Part shown: positions 37,914 through 48,507 of the stretch, in pieces
How the letters are laid out: each line of letters opens with the position of its first letter
Numbering within the stretch: position 1 is the first letter of the stretch
DNA from: Macrostomum hystrix
Lineage: Eukaryota; Animalia; Platyhelminthes
DNA: 64,000 nt
Direction of reading: 5' to 3'
Assembly (NCBI GenBank): GCA_950097015.1
Contig: CATNEN010000039.1
Span: 6,138,001 to 6,202,000 of the forward strand
Notes under the pieces: model-generated
Told to the model about the DNA's origin: nothing
Database searches by the model: none
Seen by the model: the letters and a program-made list of their open reading frames with translations, nothing else
Position numbers and translations under genes: made by a program

Positions 37914-40251
37914 TTATTTAGGCGTCGACCCGTTTCTATGGCGATGCCGAACAGAGTCCCCGTTGGGCCGAGTCGTTGATTCGTCATCGGAGGCGTCCGA
38001 CTGCTCAGAGTCTGAACGGCTGTCCTTCTCAATCCTGCCGGAGCGCACCGATTGGACCAGAATCTTCATGATGAAATAGAACCAGACAACATGCAGGCAC
38101 TGAAGCATCATTAGCGCGCCATTGAACAGTACGTGTGCTGGGAACATGCCGAATTCTTCAATACTCTGCCACAAACTGCTGCGCAGAATCACCAGAGGAT
38201 ACGCGGACAGGCGGGTCAGGAGCCACACCAATGTGAACACGCCGAAGAACACATTGCAGAGTGCCTGCATGTTCAGGTACTTGAATACCTTGGCGCCCTG
38301 AATGGCGGATGGTTGGTGAATTTTAACTAAATGTAAAACCAATCAGTCAAACACAGTGAGTCTTGATCCCCAACACAATGACAGTGAAGTCCTGATCCCC
38401 ACACAGTGACAGTCAAGTACTGATCCCCCACACAGTGACAGTCAAGCCCTGATCCCCGACACAGTGACAGTCAGTCCTGATCACAAATAGTCAGTTCTGA
38501 TCACCAATAGTCAGTCCTGATCACCAATAGTCAGTCCTGATCAGTCAGTCCTGATCACAAATAGTCAGTTCTGATCAGTCAGTCCTGATCACAAATAGTC
38601 AGTCCTGATCACCAATAGTCAGTCCTGATCACCAATAGTCAGTCCTGATCACAAATAGTCAGTCCTGATCACCAATAGTCAGTCCTGATCACCAATAGTC
38701 AGTCCTGATCACCAATAGTCAGTCCTGATCACAAATAGTCAGTCCTGATCACCAATAGTCAGTCCTGATCACCAATAGTCAGTCCTGATCACAAATAGTC
38801 AGTCCTGATCACCAATAGTCAGTCCTGATCACCAATAGTCAGTCCTGATCCCCAATAGTCAGTCCTGATCACAAATAGTCAGTCCTGATCAGTCAGTCCT
38901 GATCACAAATAGTCAGTTCTGATCACCAATAGTCAGTCCTGATCACCAATAGTCAGTCCTGATCAGTCAGTCCTGATCACAAATAGTCAGTTCTGATCAG
39001 TCAGTCCTGATCACCAATAGTCAGTCCTGATCACCAATAGTCAGTCCTGATCACAAATAGTCAGTCCTGATCACCAATAGTCAGTCCTGATCACCAATAG
39101 TCAGTCCTGATCACAAATAGTCAGTCCTGATCACCAATAGTCAGTCCTGATCACCAATAGTCAGTCCTGATCACCAATAGTCAGTCCTGATCACAAATAG
39201 TCAGTCCTGATCACAAATAGTCAGTCCTGATCAGTCAGTCCTGATCACAAATAGTCAGTTCTGATCACCAATAGTCAGTCCTGATCACCAATAGTCAGTC
39301 CTGATCAGTCAGTCCTGATCACAAATAGTCAGTTCTGATCAGTCAGTCCTGATCACAAATAGTCAGTCCTGATCACCAATAGTCAGTCCTGATCACCAAT
39401 AGTCAGTCCTGATCACCAATAGTCAGTCCTGATCCACAATAGTCAGTCCTGATCCCCAATAGTCAGTCCTGATCACCAATAGTCAGTCCTGATCACCAAT
39501 AGTCAGTCCTGATCACAAATAGTCAGTCCTGATCACCAATAGTCAGTCCTGATCACAAATAGTCAGTCCTGATCCCCCAATAGTCAGTCCTGATCACCAA
39601 TAGTCAGCCCTGATCCCCAACAGCCAGTCCCGCACGCACCTGCAGAAAAGGATCAGCCACGTCATGCACCAGCAGAACTAGCGAGCCGACGCGGGTGAAA
39701 TTCGCAGACCAGGAGAACACCATCAGCCAGATAGTGACAAGGTGGTGAAGTACCATTTCGCGGAAATCTTTGCGCTTACACTCGAAAGATATTGAGAACA
39801 AGGCTGCCCAATAGTAGCCCAGCTCTATCATGTAATACCAGAATATCTCGGCGGGCACCTCGTGGTGCGGCCAGTCCCGCCAAAGCAGCCTAGTATCCCA
39901 GAGGTATGCTTTATTCCACAGCACAATAAAGCCATAGATACAAAACACCAGGTAGAAGCAGCCGTGCCAAGCGGCCTCAACGAATTTCTGCATCTTGCTG
40001 GCCTGGCCGGGCCTCGATTTGACACTGGGGGACTCGCGCAGGCGATATCGGCGACCGATGGGGCGCAGGACACAGCGCTCAGTTGCGAGGCGAATCGTGT
40101 GGATAACAATGCCACAGGCGAACATTATCCACAGGTCCGTTAGGCGAGGCTTGTACTGTTCTGGCTGAATGGGTCTGGCAAACTCATCCCAGCTGGTGCC
40201 ATTCGGCAGCCAGAACCAGCTGGACCAGAACAGACTGCTCACTGTGCTCAT
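37914..40251 (-). CDS. CERS: Ceramide synthase (LAG1/TLC domain, 331 aa); exons 40251..39640 and 38297..37914
   Basis: FWSSWFWLPNGTSW N-terminus, KRKDFREMVLHHLVT (Lag1p HH), LLVHDVADPFLQ|GAKVFKY and C-terminal KDSRSDSE; phase-0 intron. Confidence 0.95.
38355..39620. repeat. 20-bp minisatellite (agtcagtcctgatcaccaat) filling the CERS intron
   Basis: Tandem copies with 13-bp deletion variants. Confidence 0.96.
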
Positions 40252-41420
40252 ATTGGCTGGTCTGCTTTTAGATGCTGCAGAATTCAGTGTGGCTATAGTT
40301 GCAAAAACTGTGGCATTTTTGGTTTCTAACCAATCAGAAATGGCATGTCATAGTTTTAAAGTGAATTATCTCCCACCGAAAATCCCTTCTCATTGAATTT
40401 AAACATATCCTCTTGAAAGTATTCTTAAGATAGACCCATAAAACTAGCATAGCCCCAATAATACTTCTAAAGACTGCTCTATACCAGATGCACTTAAATG
40501 AATTGTCTGACACAGAAACAGAAGATGAAAACAAAAAGTAAATTATCGACACTAGCTGCATGGTGCACACTGCACAGTGTACATGCCATCAATACCATCA
40601 ACAAAGTCAAAACAGATACACTGCTCATGAAAAATCTACACAATAAGCTTATCACTCTGATAGCAACTTATTTGTTTTTGGAAAGATGGCAGTTGGTGAT
40701 GAATCAGGGAGCTAGCTGGTTACTAGAGAGCAGTTGGAAGATTTTTTTGGTTTTCTTGGCAATTTAGAAGTAGACATAGCTATGGTAGAAACAGCACATG
40801 CCAATGTTCTGGTTAATTGCCTTGAGTTTCTAAACTATACCCTAGGGCCTAATACAGTAGCACAGCAGTCAGTATTTATTACTTACCTACCAAATAGCTA
40901 GGTAAAAAGGAAGGGTTGGCTAGGGTTAATATCTTAAGTCTAATTGACTCTAATAGAATAAAGTGAGAGAAAATGACAGTGTATCTGAAAAGACTGACTG
41001 GGAGTAAAGAAAATCTGTGGCTATAATTTTACAAATAGATTATAGACCCATCAAATCAATCTAATTCTAAGCTTGAGTTGAGAAACAAATGAATTTTAAT
41101 TGCAAGATATTCAAAAGCAATAGGCAAAAGCAATACAATCTGTATTTCTTTGTGATCTGTAATGATCTGGAATACAATTGGGATCTAATCAATATTAGAT
41201 CCAATTTTATAAAATTCATATTCAAATATCCAGGCTCTTACCCTACTTTTTTCTAATTTGCTACTGTTTTAGCTACCAAAGCCGGCAAAGGTTTTAAGTT
41301 TAAAAAACTAGCAATCAAAAACTATAAAAATATTTGCTAGCAAGCAACTAAGGTAGTTGGCAAAAATAATTTGATGTTATAGTAAATACTTTTATTCATC
41401 ATGAATAACAAATTATAATA

Positions 41421-43162
41421 CGAGGGGTGTTTCAAAAGTAACGAGAATTTAGTCATAACTTTTTAATGGATAAACTTTTTAACTTGAAATTTTTACCCTG
41501 TAATTTTGCAAATATGGACAGCACACAGCTTCAGTTGCAACCCTGTCGGTCTACATGCACCAGTGAAATCTCACATTGAAGTCCAGACCTCGAGATTAAA
41601 AATTACGATTTTTGTCTGTGGTCTATATACCTGAGAACTTGCTTAGAACTTGAAAACTGCTAATGATGCTGCTGATGCACTCAGCTGCTTCTGATACTGT
41701 CTCCGGTGTCTGCTGTTTATGGGCAAAGTTGCCTAGGAATTTTTGTTTTTTATGCTGCATGGGGCTGCTCAAAATTTCAAATGCTTGACTGAAAAGTGCT
41801 TTCAAGTGAGACTATGGAACGACCGAAAGATCATTCAGAAATTTGATCGAAGGAAGGACAAAGGCATTTTATTGCTGTTCTGGTTCAACTTGGAAAGAAG
41901 CCATGCAATATCGCTCGGGACCTAAACCTGGCATTTGGAGATCAGGCACTATCGCAAGCGCGGGTTTATGCTCACTGCAAGGCGTTCCGCGATGGTGCTA
42001 CAGGATGTGGTGACGCGCCGAGGTCAGGTCGCCCCCGCACGTCAACGGATGACAACAGCAAACAAATTGTCCGTGATTACCTCTGCGCCAATCCTTCTGC
42101 CACATTGCGTGAAGTTGAGCAGGTCCGTAGCATCTCCATTGCTTCTGTGAGCCGCATCCTCAAGGAGATAAACTGGTCGAGAGTCTGTGCCAAGTGGGTG
42201 CCGCGTGAGTTGACCCTGGACCACAAAAGAAAGCGAATTCACTGTGCAACGGAGAACTTGCAGTTGTGGCAGCAACTTGGTGATCAGGAGTTTAAACGAC
42301 TTCTCATCAGTATGGATGAGACACCACTGCCAATGTTTAATCCACTGACTAAGCAGCTGTCCATGCAGTGGGGGCCCAGGGGCCGTCAGCCACACACAAA
42401 GCCAATGAATTCGGCATGGACACGCAACATCATGTGCACCGTGTGGTTTGACGCCTGTGGGGTTCTGATGGTCGACTACCTGCCAGACAAGGCCACCATC
42501 AATGCTGCATACGTGCAAGATCAAGTTGCTCGTCTGCGTGAAGTCATCATCCAGAAGCGACGCATCATGCGCGCCAGGCCCTTCATCTTGTGGGACAACG
42601 CTCGCCCTCACGTCGCCGCGGCCACCACAAGGAAAGTGGAAGAGCTCGGCTTTCGGCTGCTTAATCATCCAACTTATTCACCAGACCTCGCCATTGCTGA
42701 CTTTCACTTGTTTGGAGTAATGAAGAAGCCCATGCGAGGTCGCGTCTTCACCAGTTGACAGGAAGTCATTGCGGCGGCCAACGAATCTCTCCATGCGCTG
42801 CCTGCAAGTTTTTGGGGGGAGGGAATCGACAAACTGCTGCATCGCTATGAGAAGTGTATCCAGCTCAATGGCAGCTTTGTGGAACGTGCTGAAATCACTG
42901 AAGAAATGGACGAAGGCGCTGATTTTTGACACAACAAACACGTTCACCTGTTCACTCTTTTCCACAGACAAAAATCGTAATTTTTAATCTCGAGGTCTGG
43001 ACTTCAATGTGAGATTTCACTGGTGCATGTAGACCGACAGGGTTGCAACTGAAGCTGTGTGCTGTCCATATTTGCAAAATTACAGGGTAAAAATTTCAAG
43101 TTAAAAAGTTTATCCATTAAAAAGTTATGACTAAATTCTCGTTACTTTTGAAACACCCCTCG
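41421..43162 (+). mobile_element. Mariner (DD34D) transposon with 201-bp TIRs and TA target duplication
   Basis: TA|CGAGGGGTG...CACCCCTCG|TA; TIRs 41421..41621 and 42962..43162. Confidence 0.96.
41814..42929 (+). pseudogene. Mariner transposase with two in-frame TGA stops (41844, 42756)
   Basis: A single frame from ATG 41814 carries RSGRP, WVPREL, MDET, WDNARPH, YSPDLAIADF (34 aa D-D spacing) and YEKCIQLNGSFVE. Confidence 0.9.
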
Positions 43163-44425
43163 TAAAACACTATCATTGTCATATCTATAGCTAGGTCTCA
43201 TTGAGAGTATTAGTAGGACATAAAAACATAAGTTCCAAATATAATTCATAACAAGTTACTTATTCATCTTAAATACTCAATAATAGTAATACCTAGCATA
43301 TATGCACAACACCCAGCCAACTCAGCCCAACCGGCCAGGTGAAATAAGGGCCAAGCAAGGTAAGTCGCAAAAACCAATTGACCAAGCACAAAAAAATCAA
43401 AGAGGGGACCAAGGGACAAAAAAGGAAGGCGTGAAGAAAAGGAAAAAGGGGAGAGAAAAAGAGAGCAAATGAGAGCAAACTAAGTCGTAAATAGAGCAAA
43501 AACTAAGTCGCACGGCCAACTAAGATTTGGGAGGTTGCGCATGTATGATACCTAGCGCCAGATCTAGGCCTAATAATTTATATTATGTCTTTAGATGTTT
43601 ATTTAATAGCCAATAAGCTGGCAAATAGGCCTACTTAAGTCACCTGATTTATCTAGAATAGATAGCTGGTTATCTAGCAGCCCTAGCTAAATGGTAATTT
43701 GCAATAGGCAAGTAGCTGGCCCTATTATTCAAATTATTAGGTCATGGATGTGTGAATTTTTAATTGAACTTTTTTTAATTGTTTATACTAATAATTTATA
43801 GGTCTAAAACAATACAATAAAGCCTATAATGGCAAGCTAGCTTCATTTTATTGTCACAGAAGAAATTACTTTGAATAGGGCCTACTTAATATACAGTACG
43901 ACCAGTGGCGACTGTGGCGTAGCCAGGGCTAAGGGGATACGGGGATATATCCCCCCCCAAGCGGCAGAAAAATTGTGGGAGGCTTGAAAGGGGGGAGTAT
44001 TACCATTAAAACACAGTCTATTTTTTGAATTGTTTGTTTAACGTTTTTCATTTATCCCCCCCACGAAAATTCCTTACGACGATAAATATGTCATTATATA
44101 TAGTAGAGCAAAATTCGAAATTAGATTTGTAGCGTTAGCAAGTTATTGGGCAAAAATTATTAAAAAATTTGGCATACTTGTAGTTTCCTTTAGAATAGAA
44201 AAATACACATTTAGCATGAAGCACAGCTTCCTCAATATTCAAGCTATTCAGAAAGTCACCTACTACTTTTAGATTTGTTTGTTTGCTTCATTTTAAAGTG
44301 AAGCAATAAAAAATGTTGAATAGTTCAATGAAAAAATGAAAATCCTTTGCTCATATGCAAAAAATAAAGGGGTTACAATTTGCTTCTCGAGACCCCCGTT
44401 CTCGCTGATATAAAATCCGACTGCT

Positions 44426-44980
44426 TATGTATCCCCCTTTTGCCCCGGGCGAGTGTCTATGTGACGCATGTTTTCATTTATTTCCCTAGGTAAATAAATC
44501 ATTTATTTCCCGCTGCCCCGCGGGCTGATAAATTCGAGACAACAACCATAGACTAACAAAAACTAGCAAAAAAGTGTAGCACACAAAAGCTACACACACG
44601 GAACGGGGGATACATATCATATTCCCCACTCATTTAGCTGTCTAGGACCAAAAGCACTCGGTGTCTCGATCATTGACCTCGGCTTCGCCTCGGTCAATAA
44701 ACGAGACACCTCTTGCTTTTGCCCGCTAGACAACAAAATAAATGGGGAATATATTACCATTTATTTTATTGACAGATTAAATCCGATTGCTTATTTTATT
44801 GACAGTTATTGGGCTCATTCTAAGCCAGGAACGCCTAGTCTATGGTTTAAATTACTTATATGAGGGATATAAATAAATACTTCCGAATCATTTAGTTGTC
44901 CATGGGCAGCAAACGCTTAAAGATGTCTCGTTTTTTATTGGCCGAGGCGAATTGCCTCAATAAACGAGACACCTCGCGTC
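44426..44980. mobile_element. Palindromic non-autonomous element(s): nested hairpins
   Basis: tatgtatccccc/gggggatacata (44426/44616); a 134-bp fold-back at 44619..44752; a decayed inverted copy near 44880-44975. Family not identified. Confidence 0.5.
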
Positions 44981-45434
44981 GAGCCTGTAGAATTTAACTC
45001 ATTCTACTGTTATACTGTATAGAATTGTCGAATTGTCGAATTAAAAGAGCATAACAAACTGAAGCAGACCATGTATGATTTGTTCTGAGTAAAGTCATAG
45101 TCATTTCCTAGTCGCATCTCTGTTGTCCCTTAGTTGTTGATTTGTTTAGAAAGATGCATTAGTCGCACACTAAAAAGTACTTTGTGCAGCACTCACGTTT
45201 GTGTGCACACAGGTATAGCTGCGCAGCTCCTTATAAGCTCGAGGAGAGCAGAAGTAAAGATTCAATTTAAATAGCTAGATCAGCTCAGCAGAGTATTCAC
45301 AGTTCGGATTTTTCAAAATGTTTTGCTTTTATATGCCACCAGCCGCGGGCCAGATGCGGCCCTCGAAGTTCCCGAATTCGGCCCGTGGCCCGACACCACT
45401 GCATCCTGTTTTATTTTTTCCCATCTCATCACTC

Positions 45435-45845
45435 CTCTGTCTCGTCTCTCCCGTGTCTCACCCCTCCCCTGTCTCATATCCCTCCCCTGTCTCACCCCTC
45501 CCCTGTCTCATATCCCTCCCCTGTATCATCCCTCCCCTGTATCATCCCTCCCCTGTCCCACCACTCACCTGTCTCATCCCACCCCTGTCTCATCCCTCCC
45601 CTGTCTCATCCCTCACCTGTCTCATCCCTCCCCTGTCTCATCCCTCCCCTGTCTCATCCCTCACCTGTCTCATCCCTCCCCTGTCTCATCCCTCCCCTGT
45701 CTCATCCCTCCCCTGTCTCATCCCTCCCCTGTCTCATCCCTCCCCTGTCTCATCCCTCCCCTGTCTCATCCCTCCCCTGTCTCATCCCTCCCCGGCCTGT
45801 CCTATCTCTCCCGTGTCCCATCTTTCATGTGTCTCATCTCTCTCC
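45435..45845. repeat. 16-bp minisatellite (ctgtctcatccctccc)
   Basis: Tandem copies; reverse complement of the GATGAGACA core. Confidence 0.95.
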
Positions 45846-46191
45846 TATATTATATTTCAACTGTCCATGCAGCCCGCTGTCGTCTTTTAGGTTGTATCTT
45901 TTTGGCCCGCTAGCTAATGTGTTTGCTGACCCCCGCTGTCAAGATTCACTGGACTTATTCAGCAGCTTTTGAATTGAGTTGTCGATTTTTTCCCCGAATG
46001 CTTGATTATTTCAGTGGACGAAATCTCGCTGACTCTTTTGATTCCTGCCGTGCAGACAGCGAGTTCTTACATTCTTTTTAAAAATACTGCTCACACAGAA
46101 CTTTGTTAAAACTAGTTAAGAATAGTTAAGAATTTTGTTACACACTGGTGTACGAGACATCTCGTAAATCCACGTTTGGATCAACGTTATA

Positions 46192-47041
46192 CACTCAGCA
46201 ACATTTAAAACGCAACACTCTAACTAGAAGAAAAATCAACTCACCCAGAAGAGTCAAAGCGCATAGTCTATGGTTCAAATCGAGCTTCAGAAACGCGTGT
46301 AGCCTCCTCTCGCAAGTAACAGGGCGTTGACTCGACGTGGCATTCCCAGAACAAGGCGTCGAAAAAAGTCCTGGGGAATTTCCTGCCACGCGTTAGCAAC
46401 AGCGTTTCGCAGTTCAGCGACTGTCTGCGGCGGATTCTGCCGTTGAACACTCCGCTTGATAAAGTCCCAGACATGTTCAATTAGCTTCATATCAGGGGAT
46501 CTTGAAGGCCACCGAAGATGCAGTTTGCAGTTTGCGACGCCACCAAAGCGGTTGTTAACAAAAGGTGCCTCTGCGGCTTCTCTCTGCCCACATCAATCGC
46601 AGGAGTGTGGCAGGCAGTGTGGGGTTTCCACGCACTATTCTCAGCAGACGTCGATCTGCCCTCGCTGTTGTACTGCGAAGTTGGTGAAGCACCGTACCTT
46701 TTCTCGCGTGAGCCACGCTTCCAGTGTCTCTGCTCTTCTGTAGCAGACGTAAAACTGTTGAAGGCGACCTCCCGAAGTGGTTCGCAACTGTTCGAAGAGT
46801 ACAACCTGCTTCCAACATTCCGACTGCTCGCCATCTTTCCGCGTCTGTCATCTGTTGAACCATTCTCTCAGCTGGATCACTCTATCTGAAAACAGTCCAT
46901 AGTCAACGCCCTGTTACTTGCGAGAGGAAGCTACACGCGTTTCTGAAGCTCGATTTGAACCATAGACTATGCGCTTTGACTTTTCTGGGTGAGTTGATTT
47001 TTCTTCTAGTTAGAGTGTTGCGTTTTAAATGTTGCTGAGTG
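46192..47041 (-). mobile_element. Internally deleted Tc1-like element (850 bp), 141-bp TIRs, TA TSD
   Basis: TA|CACTCAGC...GCTGAGTG|TA; an N-terminal paired-HTH ORF (46863..46555) is joined to the C-terminal WPSRSPDMKLIEHVW...MPRRVNALLLARGGYTRF; the first two catalytic Asp regions are missing. Confidence 0.93.
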
Positions 47042-47271
47042 TATATAACCAAATCGCGAGCTAAGAGGAATTTCCCCCCCAAATTTTATACAGATCAGCC
47101 ATACATGTTATCATTCTTTCATGGTCCTATCACGACCGGTTCGTATTTGCTAGTCTTTCCATTTTTAAAGAGCTGTGTCGGGCACGAAAACGTATGGACG
47201 ACAAATTGTGCTTACGTAATTCATCTCATTCTTTACTTGACTCAAATCACATCGCATCCATCTGACTCTTT

Positions 47272-47755
47272 CATCTGACTGGAATCTCACCTCATCTATC
47301 CTACACCTTACTGGAATCTCACCCCATCTACCTTACTCCTACATCTGACTGGAATCTCACCCCATCTACCTGACTCCTACATCTGACTGGAATCTCACCC
47401 CATCTACCTGACTCCTACATCTGACTGGAATCTCACCCCATCAACCCGACTCCTACATCTGACTGGAGTCTCACCCCATCTACCTGACTCCTACATCTGA
47501 CTGGAATCTCACCCCATCTACCTGACTCCTACATCTGACTGGAATCTCACCCCATCTACCTGACTCCTACATCTGACTGGAATCTCACCCCATCAACCCG
47601 ACTCCTACATCTGACTGGAATCTCACCCCACCTATCCTCCACCTGACTGGAATCTCACCCCATCTCTCCTCCACCTGACTGGAATCTCACCCATCTATCC
47701 TCCACTTGACTGGAATCTCACCCCATCTATCCTACACCTTACTGGAATCTCACTC
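47272..47755. repeat. 38-bp minisatellite (catctgactggaatctcaccccatctacctgactccta)
   Basis: Tandem copies. Confidence 0.94.
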
Positions 47756-48039
47756 CATGAAAAGCTGGCAAATGGTTTTTCATAAGTGTCATATTTACCT
47801 GTTCAGGCAATCAGTGGTGACGCAATTGAAGCAGATGTAATTGATTTTCGCAAAAATGATTTGCTTCCTCCTATTCAAACCAACGTCAGTTTTTCTCACC
47901 ACACCTGCGCCTCCCTGTGAAGGCTGGCCTACAAAAGGCAGCAGATTTCGCCTCATCAACTTGCCAAGCAGACTGCACAGATTGGCTCCATACAATCCAT
48001 ACAAAGTTCACGAAATTATCGTTCACGCCGCCAGCCATC

Positions 48040-48377
48040 ATGCTTCGCCTGCTGACAGTCGTCGCCGTCCTGCTGAGCCTCTTGACTGTCTCTGAGACGC
48101 TTCGCCTGCCTGTTGATGTTGGCCAGCTGGTAAGAGCTATTTGAGCAGGGTTGCCATCTTTGCAAAGTCCTGAAAACTCAATTGAACTCAACCCAACTGA
48201 TTTCAGCGGCCAGTACGCGATTATGCCAAATCGAACTGGGCTTCAACTATCCTTTACTGGCCTAGGGCAAGGAGCTGGGCGACGATCAGCTGGCAGTTTC
48301 ACCTGCTGTGCACAGGCCATTGGCACCCGGTGGCATGCTATGGAGCTAGGAAGAGCCGCCTTCATCGACAGGCCTGA
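48040..48377 (+). CDS. Small secreted prepropeptide B (86 aa); exons 48040..48129 and 48207..48377
   Basis: MLRLLTVVAVLLSLLTVSET (signal-like) LRLPVDVGQL|RPVRDYAKSNWASTILYWPRARSWATISWQFHLLCTGHWHPVACYGA-RK-SRLHRQA*. Phase-0 GT-AG intron of 77 nt; paralog of the 14099 gene. Confidence 0.85.
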
Positions 48378-48507
48378 TTGGGAGAATTTAACACACCTGA
48401 CTCCTGACTTAAGACTTTATTTAACTGACAATAACATATGCTGCAAGCTTGTATTTTGACGAAAAACTAAACATGAATAGTAATCCGAATTGATTCTCAT
48501 CAAATTT

